Of a stretch of DNA of 64,000 bases, positions 28,416 to 34,840 are shown in pieces; the stretch's first letter is position 1, and each line of letters opens with the position of its first letter. The notes below the pieces were generated by a model. It worked only from the letters and a program-made list of their open reading frames with translations. It was not told the origin of the DNA and ran no database searches. The stretch covers positions 1-64,000 of IMG/VR virus record IMGVR_UViG_3300005617_000004, one strand, 5' to 3'. The DNA comes from a virus. The position numbers and the translations under genes are program-made.

Positions 28416-28451
28416 GCTTTCATTCACCAACACCTCGGAAAGGAGGTCACT

Positions 28452-29000
28452 ATGCCCGGCGGACGCTGCCTCGTGCTCAATGCGAGCTTCGAGTTCCTTC
28501 ACATCACCAACACGTGGTTCGATTCGCTTCGTCTGCTTCGTCGCGGCAAGGTGACCGCCATCAAGAACTACCCGGTGCCGGCCAGATCCGAGAAGGACCT
28601 CGCGCTGATCCCGGCGGTGGCGGTGCTCAAGACCTACATCTCGACGCCGCGCAAGAAGAGTCACTTCACGCTGCCGACCCACCGCAACATCCTGATCCGC
28701 GATGGGTTCAAGTGTGGGTACTGCGCGTGCAAGCTGACGCTCGGCACGGTGACCAAGGATCACGTGATCCCGCGGTCGAAGGGCGGTCAGGACGTGCTGA
28801 CCAACGTCGTGGCGGCTTGCAAGCGGTGCAACACCCGCAAGGCGGACAAGACGCCCAGCGAGGCTGGCCTGACGCTGCTGGCGGTGCCGAGGGCGCTCAA
28901 CGAAGAAGAGAAGCTGACGATCGTGGTCAAGACGCACAAGGCACCCGAGCGCGCATTGTGGAAGGAGGCGCTCGAGGAGTTGAAGGTGAAGCTGTTCTGA
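28452..29000 (+). CDS. HNH endonuclease (McrA-like)
   Basis: LVLNAS, RD...CGYC, T.DHVIPRSKGG, N.V.AC..CN..K; strong RBS AAGGAGGT. Confidence 0.9.
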   Translation: MPGGRCLVLNASFEFLHITNTWFDSLRLLRRGKVTAIKNYPVPARSEKDLALIPAVAVLKTYISTPRKKSHFTLPTHRNILIRDGFKCGYCACKLTLGTVTKDHVIPRSKGGQDVLTNVVAACKRCNTRKADKTPSEAGLTLLAVPRALNEEEKLTIVVKTHKAPERALWKEALEELKVKLF

Positions 29001-29031
29001 TTTCTCCGGGCCGCCCATGGGCCCGGTTTCT

Positions 29032-29106
29032 CGGGGTGTAGCTCAACAGTAGAGCAACGCGTTTGGGGCGCGAAGGTAGCTGGCGCGACACCAGTCATCC
29101 CGACCA
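29032..29106 (+). tRNA. tRNA-Pro(TGG)
   Basis: cloverleaf, loop TTTGGGG, CCA. Confidence 0.82.
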
Positions 29107-29109
29107 TTT

Positions 29110-29191
29110 GAGTGAAGTGTTCTAGCCAGCCGGGCTGGCGGCGGATTGCAACCCCGCTGACATTGCCGTTCGACTCGGCCTTCACTCTCCA
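29110..29191 (+). tRNA. tRNA-Cys(GCA), 8/4 acceptor/T-stem
   Basis: GAGTGAAG/CTTCACTC, loop TTGCAAC, T stem GCCG/CGGC, U73-CCA. Confidence 0.8.
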
Positions 29192-29195
29192 TCAC

Positions 29196-29270
29196 GCGCC
29201 CGTAGCTCAATAGTAGAGCACTCCGCTCTTATCGGAGGGGTTGAAGGTCCAAGTCCTTCCGGGTGTACCA
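29196..29270 (+). tRNA. tRNA-Lys(CTT)
   Basis: cloverleaf, loop CTCTTAT, CCA. Confidence 0.88.
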
Positions 29271-29275
29271 TCTCC

Positions 29276-29349
29276 GTCCGCAAAGCGTTACAGTAGCGTA
29301 CTACCTTGCCATGGTAGGGGCCCGAGTGCGACTCTCGGTGCGGACTCCA
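29276..29349 (+). tRNA. tRNA-Gly(GCC)
   Basis: cloverleaf, loop TTGCCAT, U73-CCA. Confidence 0.88.
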
Positions 29350-29354
29350 TTTCT

Positions 29355-29430
29355 GCCGTCGTAGCTCAGCTGGAAGAGCATCTCTTTCCGAAAGAGAAGG
29401 CCAGAGGTTCGACCCCTCTCGGCGGCGCCA
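29355..29430 (+). tRNA. tRNA-Arg(CCG)
   Basis: cloverleaf, loop TTCCGAA, CCA. Confidence 0.9.
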
Positions 29431-29435
29431 TTCAC

Positions 29436-29507
29436 CGCCATGTAGCTCAATAGCGAGAGCGAGTCTTTCATACGGACAGGATCGGGGTGCGATTCCCTGC
29501 TTGGCGA
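29436..29507 (+). tRNA. tRNA-Met(CAT) elongator (or Ile2)
   Basis: cloverleaf, loop TTCATAC; no encoded CCA. Confidence 0.78.
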
Positions 29508-29513
29508 CTTCAC

Positions 29514-29589
29514 TGGCCATTCGTCTAACGGAAGGACCGCCTTCTTATAAATGGCAGATCGACGGGTTCGACTCCCTCATGGCCAACCA
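29514..29589 (+). tRNA. tRNA-Ile(TAT)
   Basis: cloverleaf, loop CTTATAA, A73-CCA. Confidence 0.78.
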
Positions 29590-29593
29590 TCAC

Positions 29594-29668
29594 GCTGTCG
29601 TAGCTCAGTTGTAGAGCGCCGCTTTCGTACTGCGGAGGTCGCAGGATCAACCCCTGTCGACAGCACCA
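29594..29668 (+). tRNA. tRNA-Thr(CGT)
   Basis: cloverleaf, loop TTCGTAC, CCA. Confidence 0.85.
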
Positions 29669-29674
29669 ATTCAT

Positions 29675-29750
29675 GCGGATGAAGCAGCACTGGCGCTGCG
29701 CCTGCCTTCCAAGCAGGAGAAAGCGGGTTCGAGCCCCGTCGTCCGCTCCA
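29675..29750 (+). tRNA. tRNA-Gly(TCC)
   Basis: cloverleaf, loop CTTCCAA, U73-CCA. Confidence 0.9.
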
Positions 29751-29753
29751 TAT

Positions 29754-29827
29754 GCTGGTCTGAGGTAACGCTAGCCTGCGGCCCTTGTATCGCCGACGCC
29801 AGGGTTGAACTCCCTGGACCAGCACCA
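29754..29827 (+). tRNA. tRNA-Thr(TGT)
   Basis: cloverleaf, loop CTTGTAT, CCA. Confidence 0.82.
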
Positions 29828-29834
29828 TCTTCAC

Positions 29835-29906
29835 GCTGCCATAGCCGAGTAGTTAGGCGCCTTCTTGGTAAGAAGGAGATCGTGGGTGCAAATCCCACTG
29901 GTAGCT
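29835..29906 (+). tRNA. tRNA-Thr(GGT)
   Basis: cloverleaf, loop TTGGTAA. Confidence 0.88.
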
Positions 29907-29911
29907 CATTT

Positions 29912-29985
29912 GCACCTATAGCTCAATGGCAGAGCTTTCGTCTGATACACGAAAGACCGATGTTCGATTCATCGTAGGTGCACCA
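29912..29985 (+). tRNA. tRNA-Ile(GAT)
   Basis: cloverleaf, loop CTGATAC, CCA. Confidence 0.9.
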
Positions 29986-29989
29986 TCAT

Positions 29990-30060
29990 AGGAAGCGTCG
30001 CTGGGCGAGTAGCGGACTCCAAACCCGCTGGGCCGCGTTCAAATCGCGGGCTTCCTGCCA
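29990..30060 (+). tRNA. tRNA-Trp(CCA)
   Basis: loop CTCCAAA, very short D arm, G73-CCA. Confidence 0.8.
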
Positions 30061-30067
30061 TCTACAT

Positions 30068-30142
30068 GTTGTTCGTCGTCTAGCAGCAAGACGCTGGTTT
30101 GTGGCGCCAGAAACGCGGGTGCGATTCCCGTCGAGCAACCCA
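30068..30142 (+). tRNA. tRNA-His(GTG)
   Basis: G-1:C73, loop TTGTGGC, CCA. Confidence 0.88.
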
Positions 30143-30147
30143 TTCAC

Positions 30148-30223
30148 GGAGCAGAGGCGGTACAGGTTCCGCACCGAGTTTTTACCTCGGGGTCAGTGGG
30201 TTCGAGCCCCACCTGCTCTACCA
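30148..30223 (+). tRNA. tRNA-Lys(TTT)
   Basis: cloverleaf, loop TTTTTAC, CCA. Confidence 0.88.
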
Positions 30224-30251
30224 TTGACACCCAGACAGACCACAGTACAAG
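30224..30251 (+). promoter_or_regulatory. promoter of tRNA array 2
   Basis: TTGACA-16 bp-TACAAG; leader ATG 9 nt downstream. Confidence 0.6.
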
Positions 30252-30260
30252 GCGATCATC

Positions 30261-30344
30261 ATGAACGCGCTATTGCTCCAATCCTCGCAGTCATATCTGC
30301 TCTCGCTGAGTCAGCGAGTGGGGTTCGGAGCTACGTTGCGCTGA
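30261..30344 (+). CDS. attenuator leader peptide 2 (MNALLLQSSQSYLLSLSQRVGFGATLR)
   Basis: codons 4-18 are all Leu/Gln/Ser/Tyr; overlaps antiterminator. Confidence 0.8.
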   Translation: MNALLLQSSQSYLLSLSQRVGFGATLR

Positions 30345-30398
30345 GGTGCCATCCCTCCCACGTTCTCCCGAACCCCAGGCCGACCGCCTGGGGTTTTT
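30319..30398 (+). terminator. attenuator 2: antiterminator/terminator
   Basis: terminator AACCCCAGGC-CGACC-GCCTGGGGTT+TTT (30371-30398); TGGGGTTCGG (30319) pairs with CCGAACCCCA (30368). Confidence 0.88.
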
Positions 30399-30433
30399 GC
30401 GTTTGACAACTCTATATCGTGGCAGCGAAACAC

Positions 30434-30517
30434 GTACGAGTGGCGGAATCGGCATACGCGCCAGCTTGAGGTGCTGGTGTCTTCGGACAACTCCGGGTTC
30501 AAGTCCCGGCTCGTACA
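30434..30517 (+). tRNA. tRNA-Leu(GAG)
   Basis: long variable arm, loop TTGAGGT. Confidence 0.9.
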
Positions 30518-30522
30518 GTCAA

Positions 30523-30609
30523 TGGGGAGTGATGGAACAGAAGACATGCCAGTTTCAGAAGCTGGTGCCCTAAGCAGGCGTGAGAGTGCGAATCTCTTCT
30601 CCCCAACCA
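30523..30609 (+). tRNA. tRNA-Leu(CAG)
   Basis: long variable arm, loop TTCAGAA, CCA. Confidence 0.88.
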
Positions 30610-30612
30610 TTT

Positions 30613-30695
30613 GCGCCCGTGTCGTAACGGAAGCCGAGGCATGCTCAAACCATGCTGCCCTTCGGGGCGTACAAGTTCAACTCTTGTCGGGCGCA
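30613..30695 (+). tRNA. tRNA-Leu(CAA)
   Basis: long variable arm, loop CTCAAAC. Confidence 0.88.
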
Positions 30696-30702
30696 GTCAT
30701 TT

Positions 30703-30791
30703 GGATCTTGCAGCGGGATGGACACCGCACCTGTTTGCTAAACAGGCGGGCCCCACAAGGGCTCCCGGTTCGACTCCGGCAAAATCCGCCA
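30703..30791 (+). tRNA. tRNA-Ser(GCT), 8/4 fold
   Basis: loop TTGCTAA, long variable arm, T stem CCGG/CCGG, G73-CCA. Confidence 0.85.
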
Positions 30792-30795
30792 TCAC

Positions 30796-30884
30796 GGGAA
30801 GTTTCATAAGCCGGACCGGGTCCGGGCCACGCTGTAAACGTGCTCCCTAACGGGCGAGGTGTTCGACTCACCAACTTCCCACCA
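30796..30884 (+). tRNA. tRNA-Tyr(GTA), 8/4 fold
   Basis: GGGAAGTT/AACTTCCC, loop CTGTAAA, T stem GGTG/CACC, CCA. Confidence 0.82.
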
Positions 30885-30889
30885 TTCAT

Positions 30890-30974
30890 GGAAGGCGAAG
30901 CAGCAGCGGTGCGGCATCGGTCTCGAAAACCGAGGTGCTCTTCGGGGCATGGTGTTCGACTCACCCGTCTTCCT
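30890..30974 (+). tRNA. tRNA-Ser(CGA), 8/4 fold
   Basis: GGAAGGCG/CGTCTTCC, loop CTCGAAA, long variable arm. Confidence 0.85.
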
Positions 30975-30979
30975 CACAT

Positions 30980-31055
30980 TCAGGGATCGTTCAACTTGGT
31001 AGGACTCCGCGCTCTGGACGCGAGAATGCAGGTCCGAATCCTGCTCCCTGAACCA
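30980..31055 (+). tRNA. tRNA-Gln(CTG)
   Basis: cloverleaf, loop CTCTGGA, CCA. Confidence 0.88.
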
Positions 31056-31061
31056 CTTCAC

Positions 31062-31135
31062 TGACGCTTCGACTAATTTGGTAAGTCCCCTCGCTTTGAA
31101 CGAGGACAATCAGGGTTCGAGTCCCTGGGCGTCAA
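31062..31135 (+). tRNA. tRNA-Gln(TTG)
   Basis: cloverleaf, loop CTTTGAA. Confidence 0.88.
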
Positions 31136-31643
31136 TTTCTCTGAGTCGGCGCTTCCAGAAAAATATAGTAGAGCGGCCTGCGTCGAACTGCTTCATACAG
31201 ACCGCCGCCGATGCTTTGGGGTGCGCGCGGATGAAGGCTGCGAACCGATACATTATGTCAGGGCGCTCTATGCCGTGGTAGAAATGGTTGGAGTGGTAGC
31301 CCCCGCTGCATTTACGAGAGCAGAACAGCGGGCGCCGCTGCGCGAATCGCACTTTATGAGGCTTTCGCATGAAGTAGATTTTGCAATTCGGGCATAGGAC
31401 TTTTACGGGCGGTAGGCGTTTGTGAAGACCGTTGTGGGCCTGCACGCTCATGAGTTGCAAGTTTTCAATTCGGTTATCGTGGCCGTCATGGTTTATGTGG
31501 TGTACGATCTCTTCACTGATAAGGGCACGTCCTAGGAACTGCTCCATAACGTAGCGGTGTTCCAGCTGTCGATCCGTCTTACTCCAGTGCGCCATTTTGT
31601 AGGGGCCATGTTTGTACACGGCTCGGGGCTTACACGTATGCAT
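31110..31643 (-). CDS. HNH homing endonuclease
   Basis: EHRYVME..LGR.L...EIVHHIN....DNRIENL; CPNC and FCSRKC; low GC. Confidence 0.85.
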   Translation of the reverse strand: MHTCKPRAVYKHGPYKMAHWSKTDRQLEHRYVMEQFLGRALISEEIVHHINHDGHDNRIENLQLMSVQAHNGLHKRLPPVKVLCPNCKIYFMRKPHKVRFAQRRPLFCSRKCSGGYHSNHFYHGIERPDIMYRFAAFIRAHPKASAAVCMKQFDAGRSTIFFWKRRLREIDAQGLEP

Positions 31644-31987
31644 GCGAGGAGTCTAACGGTAAGGATGCGCAAGCAACGGCGACCGCGATCAGTCTTGCAC
31701 ATCCGGCGCGCACGCCGGGCAGCCGCAGCGAATGACCGCCTCTGCTTTCTCGCGCAGCTTCCCTTCGCGGCGCACGCGCTTCTTGGCGAGTCGTTTCATC
31801 TCGCGCTCCAGAGCGCAGAACCGACAGCCCTTGTTGCCGCAGTGGCCGACCGGATCGTTCTTGTGCAGCCGGTGACCGACGAGCTTCTGCTCGGCGAGCG
31901 ACTGGCCGTGTTGCTTCGAGATGTTCTCGCGCCGGATGATCACCAGCTCGGTACGGTGGCGGCGTTCTGCGCGGTTGGTCATTGGCG

Positions 31988-32380
31988 TCAGTCCCACAGC
32001 GCCTGGAAGCGCTCGCCGAACAGCTTCAAGCCGCGCACCTTGATCACGTCCCGCCGGTCCGCTTCCGGGTAGTAGATGCTCTTGTCGAGCATGCAGATGT
32101 CGTCGTCCTGGCGTACGACATAGTCGAAGGCTTCGATCATCAGGTCGAGCTCGGCCTCCCACTGTTCGGAGTCGGCCTTGGACTCCGCGTCGCCGTACTC
32201 GGGCACGCAGCCCATCGGGTTGAGGCACGGGTGCCCCATCCGGTCCAGGGCTTTGAACGCCCGCAGCCGTGGCAGGATCAGCTTCGCCAGATGGACGTCG
32301 AGACCCCACATGGCGCAGTCGTCGAACCCCCGGGTGCGACGCTGCCACCACCATTTGATTTCCCGGAAGATACGGCGCAT
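31988..32380 (-). CDS. phage hypothetical protein
   Basis: RG.DD...W.LD..LA..ILPRL..F and GL.LF...F..LWD pattern. Confidence 0.7.
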   Translation of the reverse strand: MRRIFREIKWWWQRRTRGFDDCAMWGLDVHLAKLILPRLRAFKALDRMGHPCLNPMGCVPEYGDAESKADSEQWEAELDLMIEAFDYVVRQDDDICMLDKSIYYPEADRRDVIKVRGLKLFGERFQALWD

Positions 32381-32501
32381 GCCGGCACCCTAGCCGCCGC
32401 TTGCTCTCGTGCAACCCCTCCCTAGTCTCTCCATCGCACTCGGTTCCTTGACTGCTTCATCACCCAGCCGCTAGCAGTCCGGCTTGACTAAGGAGGATAC
32501 C

Positions 32502-33263
32502 ATGATGCACATCGCAAACCCGTCGACCGTCGTCACGCTGGAGGATGCCAACACCGGCAAGCCGTTCCGCGAGTACGACCATTCCCGCACCCCGGCTGGC
32601 AGCTACGTCCGGGTGGTGCTGCCGTTCGACACCGAGTACCGGTTCCGGTTCCAGTTCCCCGACACCTCCGGCACGCGCCGGCGCCTGGAGCTCGACATCG
32701 ACGGCACGACCGTGGCCAAGGACCTGATCCTGACCCACGGCGTGACGCTGGAGCGGTTCCTGGACTCCGACAAGCGGTTCAAGTTCGTGCGGGCGACGGC
32801 GGAAGGCGTGGCGAACCCTGCGTCGCCGGACAACGGCGTGATCACGGTGAAGCTGTGGCCGGAGAAGCCGGTGCAGTATCGCGACGAGCCGTATCTCGTC
32901 AGTGTGCTGCGCGGAACGAGGCCCCCGACGTCCTACACAGGTCGAGGTGCGAGCACGCAGGACTGGGGGTACAGCACTACCCTGGGCATCTCGAAAGGGG
33001 TCCAGGACTACAGCGGGGACGCCATCCGCTCGGTGTCAGGCCCCGCCTACGAACCCGGCGCCACGGCCGAAGGCGCGAAGAGCAACCAGCAGTTCGGCAC
33101 CACCGAGTGGCGCGGCGACGAGTTGTCGCAGCCGCACGTGTTCGTGTTCCAGCTGGTCGGGCAGGCCAGTGACCCGGCCCGGTTCTGCGGTGCGTGCGGG
33201 GCCGCGTACCCGTACTCGTTCACGCCCGCCAAGTTCTGCGCCGCCTGTGGGGTGCGGAAATAG
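32502..33263 (+). CDS. hypothetical protein with C-terminal double Zn ribbon
   Basis: AAGGAGG RBS; FCGACG...KFCAACG. Confidence 0.7.
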   Translation: MMHIANPSTVVTLEDANTGKPFREYDHSRTPAGSYVRVVLPFDTEYRFRFQFPDTSGTRRRLELDIDGTTVAKDLILTHGVTLERFLDSDKRFKFVRATAEGVANPASPDNGVITVKLWPEKPVQYRDEPYLVSVLRGTRPPTSYTGRGASTQDWGYSTTLGISKGVQDYSGDAIRSVSGPAYEPGATAEGAKSNQQFGTTEWRGDELSQPHVFVFQLVGQASDPARFCGACGAAYPYSFTPAKFCAACGVRK

Positions 33264-33385
33264 GCTCTTGACTCAATAGCATTCTCACTAGGGTAGCCAG
33301 GGACCGTCGGCTGGGCTGATAACCTAACACGCCGACTCATCACCGCGTATCGTGGGCTGGCGGTCACCATTCTTTCACATCACAT

Positions 33386-33462
33386 TGCGGGATGGAGTAG
33401 CAGCTAACTCGTTAGCCTCATAAGCTAAAGATCGCAGGTGCCAAGTCCTGCTCCCGCAACCA
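33386..33462 (+). tRNA. tRNA-Met(CAT), initiator-like body
   Basis: TGCGGGATGGAG start, loop CTCATAA, CCA; lacks the 3 G-C anticodon-stem pairs. Confidence 0.8.
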
Positions 33463-33465
33463 TAT

Positions 33466-33546
33466 GCTTGGGTAGCTCAGCGAAAGAGCACTCGGTCCTG
33501 TAACGGGACTGAGAGGTCGGTGGTTCAAGTCCATCCCCGAGCGCCA
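33466..33546 (+). ncRNA. tRNA-like RNA with extended 8-10 bp anticodon stem
   Basis: normal acceptor/D/T arms and CCA; CTCGGTCC-TGTAACG-GGACTGAG. Confidence 0.7.
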
Positions 33547-33592
33547 GTTCGTGTCCACGACACAAACGTCAGCCCCAGCCGCAGGTGGGTCC

Positions 33593-33762
33593 TAACAGCG
33601 GCGCAGGAAACCTCACTAGTATCCTACTAATCGGGTCGATCCTTGGTGCGGTCACGAGCCAACGCGTGACGTCATTCGGGTTTCGACGTTGCGGCAGGGA
33701 CGGCCCGCAGCAATGCGCCCGGGATCGACTGCCGGTGTTTTCAGCTGCGCCGAAACCCGTTG
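33593..33762 (+). ncRNA. putative structured RNA (multibranch)
   Basis: CGGCGCAG/CTGCGCCG, GTCGATCC/GGATCGAC, GTCACG/CGTGAC, GTTGCGG/CCGCAGC pairings. Confidence 0.45.
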
Positions 33763-33777
33763 TACCAAGGAACACCC

Positions 33778-34203
33778 ATGGCCCGCAAGCGCGCGAACAA
33801 GACCGCCAAGTTCGGCCCCAACGTGTCGTTCTGCTCCGACGGCAAGACCGGCGACTTCGCGCTCGACGTCAAGGCGTTCGGTCTGAACGTCCAGGCGCAG
33901 GGCAACACCAAGAAGCTGCGGATCAGCAAGCTGTTGAGCCACATGCCGGTGATCGGCAAGATGGTCGGCGGTTTGGGCGACGCGGCGCCGACCCCGAGTG
34001 CCGAGCCGACCGACGCCGAGATCCTGGCCCGGTTCAAGACCCGGGACACGTACGTCGCGTACCTGTCGCAGAGGATATACGCCTTCAACGCGCAGCAGGC
34101 TCAAGACAAGGCAGCGTTCGACGCGCAGATGGGGAAGGCCTGCGAGCGTGGGTCCGTCCTGTACCCAGAGCCGAAGGCGAAGCCGGCCGCCAAGAAGTCC
34201 TGA
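33778..34203 (+). CDS. hypothetical basic protein
   Basis: AAGGA RBS; typical codon usage. Confidence 0.65.
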   Translation: MARKRANKTAKFGPNVSFCSDGKTGDFALDVKAFGLNVQAQGNTKKLRISKLLSHMPVIGKMVGGLGDAAPTPSAEPTDAEILARFKTRDTYVAYLSQRIYAFNAQQAQDKAAFDAQMGKACERGSVLYPEPKAKPAAKKS

Positions 34204-34205
34204 CC

Positions 34206-34535
34206 ATGTACGAAATCGCCCCGACCACTGTCGCCTTCCCGCGCACCCCAACCGTGCTCGCCGTCCTGCAGCTCCGGTTCCCGGACCACTACAGCGTCAG
34301 CAAGCTGCCCCTGGCCGACGCCGACCGCGACCAGCTGGCGATGCGGCTCGAGTCCGCGATGATGGAGGTGCACCGGCTGAGCGGCATCGTCGACAAGAAC
34401 CCGGACGGGTATCCGGACCCGGCGACCGGCACGGTGGTGAAGCCGGAGTACCTCGTGCTACGGCTCAGCAGCGCGGTGCGGGACGCCAACGTGATGCGGG
34501 AGTATCTCGCGCTCAATGATGTGTGGAGACACTGA
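34206..34535 (+). CDS. hypothetical protein
   Basis: follows previous stop by 2 nt. Confidence 0.6.
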   Translation: MYEIAPTTVAFPRTPTVLAVLQLRFPDHYSVSKLPLADADRDQLAMRLESAMMEVHRLSGIVDKNPDGYPDPATGTVVKPEYLVLRLSSAVRDANVMREYLALNDVWRH

Positions 34536-34538
34536 CAC

Positions 34539-34615
34539 GCCCCCGTAGCACAACGGCAGTGCAGCCGCCGACTAGAGGCGGAAGGCCGCGGGTTCGATTC
34601 CCGTCGGGGGTTCCA
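34539..34615 (+). tRNA. atypical tRNA, apparent anticodon CTA (amber)
   Basis: GCCCCCG/CGGGGGT, U73-CCA, stem CCGCC/GGCGG around loop GACTAGA. Confidence 0.6.
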
Positions 34616-34840
34616 CTGTGGAGTTCGCTATGGCTCTGTACCGCACCTGCCTCGACGCGACCATTTTCAATTCGGGGCAGTTTCTGCCGCGCCGCCTGCG
34701 GGCTCGCTGGGTCAATGCGCAGAGGCAGTACCTGCGCGGCGTCCGCTACGAGGCGATCATCCAGCCGCTGTACGACTCTTTGTCTCTTGACCTGCTGACC
34801 GGACTCCCTAGCGTCGCACCCATGAAGCCCATCTCCCTAG

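Noticed and set aside
26999-31109. Many 60-140 aa ORFs in the track across the tRNA region
   Set aside because: They overlap clear tRNA cloverleafs; spurious apart from the HNH and the two leader ORFs.
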